Shown piece by piece: positions 1 through 8,436 of a DNA stretch of 36,432 nt; position 1 is the stretch's first letter; each line of letters begins with the position of its first letter. The notes under the pieces were generated by a model. That model made no database searches and was not told the origin of the DNA. It was given only the letters and a program-made list of their open reading frames with translations. Origin of the DNA: a virus. Its lineage: Duplodnaviria; Caudoviricetes. The position numbers and the translations under genes are program-made. Where the stretch lies: the IMG/VR virus record IMGVR_UViG_3300037440_000357, positions 1 through 36,432 of that record. One strand, given 5' to 3'.

Positions 1-417
1 TAAAGGGGCAACGATCTCACGAATCGCGCCCATAAGTTGGTCGGCGGTAACATGGTTGCCACTTCTCAGCGCTGCTTCCATCTCGTCGAACGCTTCGATA
101 TAGCGAAACTTGAATTCCATGGCTCGATCGCCGGTCCAGCCCATGACAAGCAGCGCGAAGCCTTGGCGAGTGATATCGAAGGAACGGCGCGAACGACCGT
201 TAGTGTCTCGAAAATCAGTGGCTCGGAACCATGAAGCAGCGTCCAAATTTGGACGCTGCAATATATCATCGATATCTCGCAGCACATGCTGATGCTGCTT
301 CTCAAACATTTCGGCCACGTCGCGGCTGTTAACCAAGGCAACGCCGCCAGCGGCATGCAGCTTCAATTCGGCGCAAAGCGACGGCAGCGCCACCGCAGAG
401 CTATGCGAAGCGGACAT
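1..417 (-). CDS. rha: Rha-family phage regulatory protein (3'-truncated by window edge)
   Basis: Manually translated from ATG at 417; absent from the ORF track. Contains NSRDVAEMFEKQHQHVLRDI and TRQGFALLVMGWTGDRAMEFKFRYIEAFDEME, typical Rha motifs. Frame is open to position 1. Confidence 0.85.
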   Translation of the reverse strand, partial: MSASHSSAVALPSLCAELKLHAAGGVALVNSRDVAEMFEKQHQHVLRDIDDILQRPNLDAASWFRATDFRDTNGRSRRSFDITRQGFALLVMGWTGDRAMEFKFRYIEAFDEMEAALRSGNHVTADQLMGAIREIVAPL

Positions 418-502
418 GGATTGAACCCCCATACCGAATACTATTCAGGGACAAACGAGCACCTATCTATTTTTGGAAACTAAAACAGGCTTTCGCGAGC
501 TT

Positions 503-2782
503 TTACTCGCTTTTACCTTCCGCCTTCTCAACCTTGGCCGCGGCGCGCTCCTCGGCGGCCAGCTTCCTGATCTGCGCCTCTTTCAGCGCCTGCTCCATAT
601 GGCGGTCATCATCGACGGCGCCCGATGCCATCTCGGCATATTCCTTCGCCACGACCTGGCGCTTCTCCTCCGCCTCGATCGCGGTCTTGGCGGTCACCGC
701 CTGCGTCTTGCCGATCTCGGCCTCCTTGGCCTTGGCCTCGACCTTCATCTTGTTGGCGGCGGCAATGTCCTTGACGGCCTTGGCGTTCTTGCCGCGCAGC
801 TCGACCTTCGCCGCCTCGATCGCCATCGGATCCGGCCCCTGGTCGGCCTGTATGAGCGCGTCCAGATCCTCGATATTGGCGGCCTGGAAATAGCGCCGCA
901 GCGCCTCGGCTCCATTAAGGCTGGGATGCTCGATCGCGCTCCAGATCACCTGCGCCTTGGCCAGCGCCTGCATGTCCGTCACCGCATTGGGATCGGCTAC
1001 CGGCACGACGTTGCGGTCCCTGGCGTCGTAATCGGCGGCCATGGATGGCGGCTGCAGCCGCATCATGATCTCGGGCGGGATTTGCAGCGGCTGCGGCGGG
1101 GCGCCGCCCGCGCCAGGCATTGCCCCTTGCGGAGCAGCGCCCGCGCCACCTGGGCCGGGCATAGGCTGGCCCTGCCCCCCCTCATCCATCGGCGGGCCGC
1201 CATTGTGGCCCATCATCGCCTGCTGTTGCAGCTGCTCGATCTGCTGCAGCAGCTCCTCGTCAGGCTCCCAGTCGATGATCTCGGCATAGGCCTGCTCATC
1301 CGGGTAACGCCGGTTGAGCTCGTAGAGCAGCTCGAATTCGCGCTTCAGCGAGCGGAACACCCGCTTGATGATCGCCGTGAAGACCTTCAGCCCCTGCTCG
1401 ATCAGCGCCAGCAGCGTCGTCGGCTGCATGGTCCTGGCGCCGGTGTCGCCGGTCAGAACTTCCTGGACGCTCGCGATCTGCTTGCCGGCGTCGATCATCA
1501 GCCCCAGAAGCTGGAACAGAACCGGCGACGGCCCCTTGAAATCATGGGCAACCATCGCATCGCGGATCTTCTGGCCCGGCACGTTCAGCACCGTCCATTC
1601 ATTCATCCGTACAGCTATCTTCGACTTCTTGACATTCATGCCGGAGCCGATGAAGCCGCCGCCCTGGTTCTGCAGCGTGGCGGCGTCCAGCATCTGGTTC
1701 AGCGAGGAGTTGACGGTCTCGCCGATCGACTTCAGCAGCCGGCCGAAGCCGATGCCGTGGTAGCCGCCATTGGGGTCGGGCACGAAGGGGAAGCCGACGA
1801 AATAATGGTAGCGCGGCAGCTTGATGATCTGCTGCTGGTCCTGCGATAGCCGGGCGGTCTCGAGATCGTAATTGGCCTGCAGCCGCACCAGCTTGCCGGT
1901 CGCCTTGTGCACCGTGGCGATCCATGGCTCACGCAACCCGTCGCCGTCCAGATCCCAGTAGCGATATTGCACCAGGAACAGATGCGCCGCGTCGTCATCG
2001 CCCTGGCGCGCCGCTGCATCCCGGTCGATCTCGGCGGCCTCATCGGCCGACGCCGCCCCATACTCGAACGGCACGAAGCGCTCATCGCGCACCCGCTCCT
2101 CGATCTCATCCGGGTAAAGCTCAAGCTCCTCGGTGATGCGCGGAACGCGGCGGATGTCCTTGGTGGTCTGATTGACTACGATGTTCATGGCCGAGGCGAA
2201 CTCTGAGACATTCACGCCCGTGGCGTGCTCGCGGTAAACCTTCTTGTAGCCGTGTCCGATGATCGGCAGCTGGTGCAGCATGATGTCGAGATCAGTCTCC
2301 CAGCCGTCCTGTTCCTCCAGCAGCTGATGCGACATGTGCAGCGCCACACGGTCGGCGCGCTCCTGCTTGAGGCCATACGGATCAGGCCCGATGGTCTTGA
2401 CACGCACGACCCGGTCACCCTGCACGATGGCAGGATAAGACCGCGCCCCGAATTGCAGCGCTGCCGTGGTCAGTAGCGGAAACTTGATGTTGGCCGCATT
2501 CGGCCACGGCACCGCCTTTGCCTCGGTCTTCTGCAGCACCGCGTCCATGGCGTCGCGGGCCTCGGCCTCCCAGTCGGAGCGGCTGCTTTTGTCGATGTCA
2601 TATTCATCGATGACACGCGCCGCGATGCGGCTGGCCTCGCCCTCGTCGATCTCGAAGGCAACGTTGGGCATCTCGGCCCATTCGGCGAGCTGGCGCAGCG
2701 GTTCGGGGATTTCCGGCAGCGCAGGCAGCGCGTCGGGCCCGGCGAATTGCTCGTCGGGTGGGAAGGCTTCAGCGATGGCCAT
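503..2782 (-). CDS. Portal protein, P22-like
   Basis: 759 aa just downstream of the terminase; PWPNAANIKFPLLT, GHGYKKVY, QMLDAATLQN-GGF motifs and a coiled-coil C-terminus as in podovirus portals. Confidence 0.85.
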   Translation of the reverse strand: MAIAEAFPPDEQFAGPDALPALPEIPEPLRQLAEWAEMPNVAFEIDEGEASRIAARVIDEYDIDKSSRSDWEAEARDAMDAVLQKTEAKAVPWPNAANIKFPLLTTAALQFGARSYPAIVQGDRVVRVKTIGPDPYGLKQERADRVALHMSHQLLEEQDGWETDLDIMLHQLPIIGHGYKKVYREHATGVNVSEFASAMNIVVNQTTKDIRRVPRITEELELYPDEIEERVRDERFVPFEYGAASADEAAEIDRDAAARQGDDDAAHLFLVQYRYWDLDGDGLREPWIATVHKATGKLVRLQANYDLETARLSQDQQQIIKLPRYHYFVGFPFVPDPNGGYHGIGFGRLLKSIGETVNSSLNQMLDAATLQNQGGGFIGSGMNVKKSKIAVRMNEWTVLNVPGQKIRDAMVAHDFKGPSPVLFQLLGLMIDAGKQIASVQEVLTGDTGARTMQPTTLLALIEQGLKVFTAIIKRVFRSLKREFELLYELNRRYPDEQAYAEIIDWEPDEELLQQIEQLQQQAMMGHNGGPPMDEGGQGQPMPGPGGAGAAPQGAMPGAGGAPPQPLQIPPEIMMRLQPPSMAADYDARDRNVVPVADPNAVTDMQALAKAQVIWSAIEHPSLNGAEALRRYFQAANIEDLDALIQADQGPDPMAIEAAKVELRGKNAKAVKDIAAANKMKVEAKAKEAEIGKTQAVTAKTAIEAEEKRQVVAKEYAEMASGAVDDDRHMEQALKEAQIRKLAAEERAAAKVEKAEGKSE

Positions 2783-2786
2783 GGGG

Positions 2787-2996
2787 TCAGGCGTCCGCCG
2801 CGATGTTCGCCAGATACTCCGGCCCGATGGTCACCGCGAATTCATCCGGGCCGACCGATGCGCGGACGCTGCGAATCTCCTCATACGTGGGAACCTTGCC
2901 GACGATAAACAGCCGCCCATCGTCCAGGCGGTGAACGGAAGGGCAGCTTGATGTGATCTCGCAGCGCAGATGCTCAGGCGTCAGATTGCGTGCCAT
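2787..2996 (-). CDS. Small hypothetical protein
   Basis: ORF packed between terL-C and portal; ATG at 2996. Confidence 0.6.
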   Translation of the reverse strand: MARNLTPEHLRCEITSSCPSVHRLDDGRLFIVGKVPTYEEIRSVRASVGPDEFAVTIGPEYLANIAADA

Positions 2997-3001
2997 CGAA
3001 C

Positions 3002-3175
3002 TCAACCCGCTGGCGTAAAGACCGCCATCCTATCGTCAGGCAGCGCAATGACTATGCCGTCCTCGGGAGAAAGAGGCGCCACCGTCCGTTTGAGAATTTT
3101 GCAATGGTAAACGCCATCGGTGAGCTCATGCAGATCGTTTATGCTCTCGATGTTGTCTTCGAACTTGTCTGGCAT
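3002..3175 (-). CDS. Small hypothetical protein
   Basis: ATG at 3175 directly follows the terL-C stop (MPDKFEDN...). Confidence 0.55.
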   Translation of the reverse strand: MPDKFEDNIESINDLHELTDGVYHCKILKRTVAPLSPEDGIVIALPDDRMAVFTPAG

Positions 3176-3176
3176 C

Positions 3177-3911
3177 TCAATACCCCGTGACCGGCGAGCG
3201 GCCCTGATTTTTCGGCATCTCGTATTCATCCTCGTCCAGCGGCTCGACCTGGGCATGCTTCATGCCGGTCATCACCAGATAGCGCGTATCGTCCATGGCG
3301 TGATCGTTTTCCTTGACGACCTTGCCGTTCTCATCGCGGCGGTAAATGCGGAACTCCCGCAGCCAGTTGGCGCAGGTCGAAAACACTTTCAGCCGCCCCG
3401 AGGCCATGCGCCGGTAGCAGGCCAGTATGCCGGCCTCGACGGAATTGTCAGCCTCGACCAGGTTAAGCCCCAGCTCGCGATAGACATCGAGCAGATTGCG
3501 CCCGTCGAGCTGGTTGGAACCGGCCGAGGCCGGATCGATGGCGCCCCAGATCCACTCGCCCCGCCGCTTGATGGCGTCGGCATGCACCTGCGGAGGCTGC
3601 TGCCCCATATAGTGCTCGCCGGTGATGTAGATGATGTCGTCGTCGCGGTCCCAGGCGCCCCAATGCGCCGAGGTGATCTTCCAGCCCACGTCCAGCCCAT
3701 AGGCGCGCGGCCAGTAATGCGGGATCTCGAACGGCGCCACGATCAGCTGCGCCTCGTCGATCGGATAGATGCGCCCCGAGCCCAGCATCGGCACGCCCTT
3801 GGCCCGCGCCTCGCGCTCATGCACCGGGAAGGCGTCGAGCAGCTCGTCCTTTTGCTGCTGGCTCAGATGGGGCACATCATCCCACCCTATCTGGACGGCG
3901 AAGCGGGACAT
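3177..3911 (-). CDS. terL: Terminase large subunit, C-terminal part (end of ATPase region plus RNase H-like nuclease)
   Basis: HEREARAKGVPMLGSGRIY resembles P22 gp2; GLDVGW, IDPAS and NDHAMDDTRY nuclease motifs. Confidence 0.9.
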   Translation of the reverse strand: MSRFAVQIGWDDVPHLSQQQKDELLDAFPVHEREARAKGVPMLGSGRIYPIDEAQLIVAPFEIPHYWPRAYGLDVGWKITSAHWGAWDRDDDIIYITGEHYMGQQPPQVHADAIKRRGEWIWGAIDPASAGSNQLDGRNLLDVYRELGLNLVEADNSVEAGILACYRRMASGRLKVFSTCANWLREFRIYRRDENGKVVKENDHAMDDTRYLVMTGMKHAQVEPLDEDEYEMPKNQGRSPVTGY

Positions 3912-3918
3912 GCGGGCA

Positions 3919-4203
3919 TCACTTCGTCACCGGCGGGCACGCTTCGACGCCAACCCGTACACCAAGCGCGTCGCACCAGTCGTGAAGACGTTGCAAAGAT
4001 GGTGTCGCCTCGCCTCTCTCCCACCTTCCCAGCATCACGGGGTGATAACCCATCGCGTCAGCCAATGTTACCCGGTCGATGCCGTGCTGCTCTCGGACTT
4101 CTCGCAAACGGCGAATTACAGGGTAGCGGGATTCCTTGTCGGTCTTCCGACGATAGCCAATCGGTTTCAAAGCTTGAACCGGTCTAGAATACTGGGCGGC
4201 CAT
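3919..4203 (-). CDS. XRE-family HTH protein located between the terL halves
   Basis: RLREVREQHGIDRVTLADAMGYHPVMLGRWERGEATPSLQRLHDWCDALGV is a classic HTH_3 pattern. Confidence 0.85.
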   Translation of the reverse strand: MAAQYSRPVQALKPIGYRRKTDKESRYPVIRRLREVREQHGIDRVTLADAMGYHPVMLGRWERGEATPSLQRLHDWCDALGVRVGVEACPPVTK

Positions 4204-4244
4204 TCCATGCTGCTGTTTCTCACTGCGTCACCGTCGGGGCCATC

Positions 4245-4508
4245 TCAGGTGAAATCCAGGCTTGGCCGCGTATCATCCCAGCGCCAGAACTGCCACCAGC
4301 GCGGATAGGTCCAACCGCAACGGCGAGCGGCGCGTAGTGCCGATTTCCTCGCCTCGCGAGGCGTGTAGAAGCCATTGTTGCCGACTGAATTCTTGCCGCC
4401 CGAGAATGTCGTCCAGGTGATGGTGGCGCCGCACACCATGCCAGTCGGCGATGCGTCGAGCATCTTAATAAGCCAGTCGTGCTCGTCCTGGAAAGCAAGG
4501 TCATTCAC
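4245..4508 (-). CDS. Hypothetical Trp-rich protein located between the terL halves
   Basis: 87-aa ORF (MNDLAFQDEH...YPRWWQFWRW) starting at the terL-N stop and ending inside the next repeat copy. Confidence 0.65.
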   Translation of the reverse strand: MNDLAFQDEHDWLIKMLDASPTGMVCGATITWTTFSGGKNSVGNNGFYTPREARKSALRAARRCGWTYPRWWQFWRWDDTRPSLDFT

Positions 4509-5233
4509 TGCGTCACCGTCGGGGCCATCTCCGGGAGGTACTTCAGCACGACATTACTCAAGCCCTCAAGCGGCGTAAAGGTCGAAATCATCAGCCCGGA
4601 CGTCGTCATCAGCCGCGCCATGCACTCGGAATAGACATCCTCCGGCGGTTCCTCGTCCAGCCAGATCACATGTTTCGCGGTGCCTTGAAACTTCTTGCGG
4701 CCCTGGTCATAGCTCTTAAACCCCAGCATGCTGGTGCCGCCGCTGGCATGCTTGATGCGCGCTGTGTCGGCCGCATGGCTGATGCCTGACCGGTGCGTCG
4801 GGTTACCGTCGATATTGTCGCCCGGGATCAGCCCCGTGCCATATTCGCCGTAAGGGCCGAGCAGGATCAGCTGCGGAATGTCGCGCGTCGTCTCGCCCGT
4901 GTCGCCGGCAACCCAGACATCGACGGGATGCTCAAAGCGCCGGCCGATCCACCAATCAGGATAAAGCCCCGTCAGGTGCAGCGTCACCTCATAGCCGCCG
5001 ATGCCGAAGCTTTTGCCGACACGGTTGGCAGCGATCGCGGCGCGCTCCTGGTGCTGGATGCCGGCGGCGAAGAATTGGCAGTGCTTGGGGTATAGCTCCC
5101 GCCGCAGCGGGCCTTCATCGGGATAGACGGCGAACAGCTTACGGCGCTGTGCCCGCTTCTCCAGTTCCTCCAAAATTGCTATCGCTTCCCGCTTTTGCGA
5201 GGAGCTGAGCGAGGCGAGCTGTAAGCTGTTCAT
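4505..5233 (-). CDS. terL: Terminase large subunit, N-terminal ATPase part
   Basis: Walker A AANRVGKS, Walker B VIWLDEE, coupling motif TFTP; LHLTGLYPDWW-GRRF as in P22 gp2. Confidence 0.92.
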   Translation of the reverse strand: MNSLQLASLSSSQKREAIAILEELEKRAQRRKLFAVYPDEGPLRRELYPKHCQFFAAGIQHQERAAIAANRVGKSFGIGGYEVTLHLTGLYPDWWIGRRFEHPVDVWVAGDTGETTRDIPQLILLGPYGEYGTGLIPGDNIDGNPTHRSGISHAADTARIKHASGGTSMLGFKSYDQGRKKFQGTAKHVIWLDEEPPEDVYSECMARLMTTSGLMISTFTPLEGLSNVVLKYLPEMAPTVTQ

Positions 5234-5651
5234 CCGTGCGCATATTCAGATCGAGGCCGCCCGACAGTTTCAGGCTTTCCCCGTATCGCTCCGGCTTCAG
5301 TTTCGATAGCAGCCATTTCTTGGTGTCGATGCGCAGCCGCGAACGCGCGACCGCCTCCTGGTCGACGACCGTTACGACGCGGCCGGATTTGGTCTCGCGA
5401 TCCATCCAGTCGTTGGAGCCGTCTTCGGCTATTTCGGTGATCTCTTCGGCCCAGTGTTCGAGCTGCGTCTCGCGCGCACGCGCGTATCTGGCGGCGAAGG
5501 CCTCGTGATCGTTCAGCGCCCAATCGACGACAGTTCGTCTCGCGGGCATGTGCTCATCGCGGCAGATCTGCACCAGGGTTTCGCCCTTGGCGATCCGTTC
5601 ACAGATTTCGGCGGCGATTGCTTCGGTGTAGAGACTTCTGGCGTCACTCAT
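5139..5651 (-). CDS. terS: Terminase small subunit (Sf6 gp1-like)
   Basis: YTEAIAAEICERIAKGETL..IC...HMP, YARARE and RLRIDTKKWLLSKLKPERYG motifs; overlaps terL-N by 95 nt. Confidence 0.9.
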   Translation of the reverse strand: MSDARSLYTEAIAAEICERIAKGETLVQICRDEHMPARRTVVDWALNDHEAFAARYARARETQLEHWAEEITEIAEDGSNDWMDRETKSGRVVTVVDQEAVARSRLRIDTKKWLLSKLKPERYGESLKLSGGLDLNMRTDEQLTARLAQLLAKAGSDSNFGGTGEAGTAP

Positions 5652-5976
5652 AGCGTCGATCGAGTATCAGTTCCATGTCCCGGTCGCCATTATCGCGGCG
5701 CACCGCTTCGGCGACGAACTCAGGCAGTGTGTTGCTGTGCTGGCCCTTGCCGTTCGTCACGAACGTGTTGAACCCGCCATCGCCTTTCCAGGCCACCAGC
5801 ACGAAGCCGTCAAGATCGTCCGCGTAAAGCTCTTTGATCCATCCGTGCGCGGTGCGCAGCTTCTCGAAGACTTTGTCGGTGTGCGCCTGCCGGGCGCTCG
5901 GTAGCAGTCTGATCTCGGCGCCGTTACTCTTCAGCCGGATTTTGCCGATCCGGCAGCCACGCGAGATTGCCGTCAA
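5644..5976 (-). CDS. Hypothetical protein
   Basis: Likely TTG start at 5976 overlapping the upstream TGA; overlaps the terS start. Confidence 0.55.
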   Translation of the reverse strand: MTAISRGCRIGKIRLKSNGAEIRLLPSARQAHTDKVFEKLRTAHGWIKELYADDLDGFVLVAWKGDGGFNTFVTNGKGQHSNTLPEFVAEAVRRDNGDRDMELILDRRYE

Positions 5977-6062
5977 TAGCCGCCCTTGCCACCACGTTTG
6001 CCGCCGCCGCGCTGCTTGTCGCCGCCGCGCTTTTTCTCGTCCTTTTTGCCGCTCTTGGCCAT
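5973..6062 (-). CDS. 29-aa Lys/Gly-rich basic peptide
   Basis: MAKSGKKDEKKRGGDKQRGGGKRGGKGGY; its stop overlaps the next start. Confidence 0.4.
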   Translation of the reverse strand: MAKSGKKDEKKRGGDKQRGGGKRGGKGGY

Positions 6063-6129
6063 TCGCCGCCCCATTCGCGCGTAGAAATTCCATGCTAGGA
6101 ATATTAGGGTCAGTGTTTTGCCTGATTTA

Positions 6130-6693
6130 TCAAGTGTTTTTTTCAGCCGCGAGCGCAAAAGCCGCCGCTTTGATGCGGTCGATGAACCGTTTTTTGGCGC
6201 GGTGCGCGGTTTTCTGCGGTCCACAGAGCTTTGTGCCGACGTCGGCGAGATCCCAGTACGGCGCCGATGACATGACGGTTAACGCATAAAGCGCTTCCAG
6301 GTGGATGGCTGGCAATCGCCGCTTCAGTGCGGCGTGACGGGCGCAGCGGGCCATCATGGTGTCGGGGATCGGCGAGGCCCAGCCACCGCCACCGCTGGTT
6401 CTGTCGCCCCAGTCGCCCGATTTCGTTCGCCCGTTCAGCAGTTCCTCACACACCAGCCATTCATCGAGCGCCGCGGCTTCGTCATCATCGAGCGCCCGGT
6501 CCAGTGCCGTCAATCTGCGGCTGACATATCGCTGGCGTTCGGCGTCTGCCAGGTCGGCAGACTGGTTGATCAGCTGCGACCTGACTGCCGGCGGGGTCAA
6601 AGGCGTGGTGACTCTGCCCCGCCAGACCGGCGCGCCTGGGGTTGCGATGTTGTCGAACTGCACTGATTTTGCCGGCTTCTGCGCTGTTTTCAT
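6130..6693 (-). CDS. Putative late transcription regulator (Q position, DUF6456-like)
   Basis: Lies between the replication and packaging modules; HTH-like C-terminus; followed by an AT-rich gap. Confidence 0.45.
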   Translation of the reverse strand: MKTAQKPAKSVQFDNIATPGAPVWRGRVTTPLTPPAVRSQLINQSADLADAERQRYVSRRLTALDRALDDDEAAALDEWLVCEELLNGRTKSGDWGDRTSGGGGWASPIPDTMMARCARHAALKRRLPAIHLEALYALTVMSSAPYWDLADVGTKLCGPQKTAHRAKKRFIDRIKAAAFALAAEKNT

Positions 6694-7040
6694 TCCTTGC
6701 CCATCACGCGACGGTGCAATTCATTGTCCCCGTCACGCTTCGCCTGCCAGAAATCGCTAGGTGTTTGGAAAATTTTGCCGTCCCAATAGACACGCCGACC
6801 TGGACACATGCACGCCACCTGCGGTGCGTCCAAGTACATCGCTTCATCAACGCAAATCGGCACCGAATCAAAAACAACTCCGCCGTCCGCCTCGGCCTCC
6901 CGCGCAATGCACCACGCAATGATTGGCCGGCCAGCCATAACCATTTGAGTAGCACTCGAATACCCCATGTATGCGTCAAGCTTCAGCCACCCCGGTTCTG
7001 CCGGTATGAATTGCTTGCCCATTGTCTTGCCCTTCCTCAT
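6690..7040 (-). CDS. Hypothetical protein
   Basis: 116-aa ORF with ATGA overlap into the next gene. Confidence 0.55.
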   Translation of the reverse strand: MRKGKTMGKQFIPAEPGWLKLDAYMGYSSATQMVMAGRPIIAWCIAREAEADGGVVFDSVPICVDEAMYLDAPQVACMCPGRRVYWDGKIFQTPSDFWQAKRDGDNELHRRVMGKE

Positions 7041-7045
7041 AGGTT

Positions 7046-7148
7046 GTTACGTTACGTTACGGTTACGTAACGAATGGCGCCGCGTAACTGTTACGTTAGT
7101 TACCCTCCCCCCCTTAAGGGGGGGGGTATCGAACCGTAACGCCGTAAC
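7046..7148. promoter_or_regulatory. Putative replication origin: GTTAC/GTAAC iterons around a C7-TTAA-G7 palindrome
   Basis: GTTAC at 7046, 7051, 7056, 7062, 7090, 7099; GTAAC at 7067, 7084, 7136, 7144; perfect 18-bp palindrome 7107-7124; directly downstream of the helicase. Confidence 0.65.
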
Positions 7149-7176
7149 GTACGGCCGTTCGTACCACGGCCAGCCC

Positions 7177-8217
7177 TCAGTCATGCTTGACGGACCACCC
7201 GTTTATGCCCTGGTAGATCATCCCCTTGCTCTTCAGCGCCATGCGGAAGTCGGTCAGATCCGCGCGCCTTTTGATGCCCAACTCGGCATCACGCGCCAGG
7301 CTGTTCCATTCCTCGGTCGAAAGTGGCCCCCCGGCGTCAGCAAGAAGGGCAAACATCGTCTTCTGGTTCGCCGATAATTTGGGACCGGAGCTGACCGGCG
7401 GGACGCCTTCGGCTTCGACCACGATGCAGCTGGTGATCGGTTCGCCATCCTCGTCGGTGCCGACCTCGACCGATTCCAGCTTCGATGTGATTTCCTCGCC
7501 GTCCGGCCCGTCCTTCATGTATTCGACGGTCGCCACGACATTGCCGGCGGCGTCGCGCTTGACCGAGATCTGCGCATCGGCGGCGCCGAGCAGGGCGGTG
7601 TGGCCACGGTAGCGGCTGGCTTCGAGCCCGCTGTGGTGGACGATGATGACCGCGCAATCGAATGCCTCGCGGATGGCGTCGCAGGCGCCGACATAGGCGG
7701 TCATGGCCTCGTCGCTGCTCTCCGATCCGGTGAACGATCGGTTGAGCGTATCAAGCGTTATGCCCACGGGATGGTGGCCATTGCAATTCTTCTGAATTGC
7801 TTCAATGAGCCGTTGATGATCTTTAACCAACTCAAGTTTTACTGGCATAAGATAGAACGGCACGTCATCGGCATGCTCGGCGAGATGCTGCTGGCGGAAG
7901 GCTTCGACGCGCGCCGCGAAGTGCGCCTGGCCCTCGAACAGGCAGTAGACGATGCAGCCGGGCTGCACGCGCCGGTCGCGGTAATCCCAGCCCAGCACCA
8001 CATGCATGAGCAGATCGAACAGCCAGAAGGTCTTGCCGCATTTCGGCGGCCCGTAGACGACGATCAGGCCTATCATCGGCAGCAGCTTTTTGACCAGATA
8101 GCGCGGCGCATCGGTGAGTGCGATCTTGTTCCATGGGATGAGCGTAAGCGGCCGTTCCCTCGGCTTCTCGTCGGTGCGCGGAGCGTTCGGGTGCGGTCTA
8201 TCCAACATCGGCCCCAC
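7177..8217 (-). CDS. RepA-like (AAA_25, SF4-type) replicative helicase
   Basis: Walker A GPPKCGKT, ITLDTL Walker B, IVHHSG, RGHTALLGAAD, KDG motifs; HTH-like C-terminus. Confidence 0.88.
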   Translation of the reverse strand: MGPMLDRPHPNAPRTDEKPRERPLTLIPWNKIALTDAPRYLVKKLLPMIGLIVVYGPPKCGKTFWLFDLLMHVVLGWDYRDRRVQPGCIVYCLFEGQAHFAARVEAFRQQHLAEHADDVPFYLMPVKLELVKDHQRLIEAIQKNCNGHHPVGITLDTLNRSFTGSESSDEAMTAYVGACDAIREAFDCAVIIVHHSGLEASRYRGHTALLGAADAQISVKRDAAGNVVATVEYMKDGPDGEEITSKLESVEVGTDEDGEPITSCIVVEAEGVPPVSSGPKLSANQKTMFALLADAGGPLSTEEWNSLARDAELGIKRRADLTDFRMALKSKGMIYQGINGWSVKHD

Positions 8218-8425
8218 AAGCTTTTCTGATTTTGTTCATGAGTTCGGGCTGCAGGAAGCCGCACCAGCCCAGATCCTCCAGCGCCGCGAGCGTTTCGCGC
8301 GGTGAGATGATGCCGTCGCGGAATGCGCGGCCGATGAACTCGATTTCAGCCTGGGCCGATTTGGCCCGCATCAGCGCGATACGCAGCTCGGCGAGTAGCA
8401 GATCGCGGGCGGGCATTTCGGACAT
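8198..8425 (-). CDS. Hypothetical protein
   Basis: 75-aa ORF between ssb and the helicase. Confidence 0.6.
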   Translation of the reverse strand: MSEMPARDLLLAELRIALMRAKSAQAEIEFIGRAFRDGIISPRETLAALEDLGWCGFLQPELMNKIRKACGADVG

Positions 8426-8436
8426 TGGTCATCGTC

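Larger units (their letters stand above)
3919..4531. repeat. Three direct repeats of the terL-N 3' end (4505-4531, 4220-4246, degenerate 3919-3937)
   Basis: TCACTGCGTCACCGTCGGGGCCATCTC occurs exactly twice (27 bp); TCACTTCGTCACCGGCGGG matches 17/19. Confidence 0.9.

Noticed and set aside
37-483. Short track ORFs at the window start
   Set aside because: Better explained by the minus-strand rha frame 417->1
473-1849. 458-aa plus-strand ORF (and similar long ORFs at 3120-4187, 12840-14510, 20345-21397, 26785-28035, 31637-32896)
   Set aside because: Antisense shadows of well-supported genes in GC-rich DNA; no motifs
3912-4504. Group I/II intron or intein in terL
   Set aside because: No HNH/LAGLIDADG/RT ORF, no intein termini, and the gap is almost fully occupied by two ORFs; a covariance search is still needed to exclude it formally
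3919-4531. CRISPR array or IS target-site duplication
   Set aside because: Units are about 290 nt and protein-coding; no cas or transposase genes and no terminal inverted repeats
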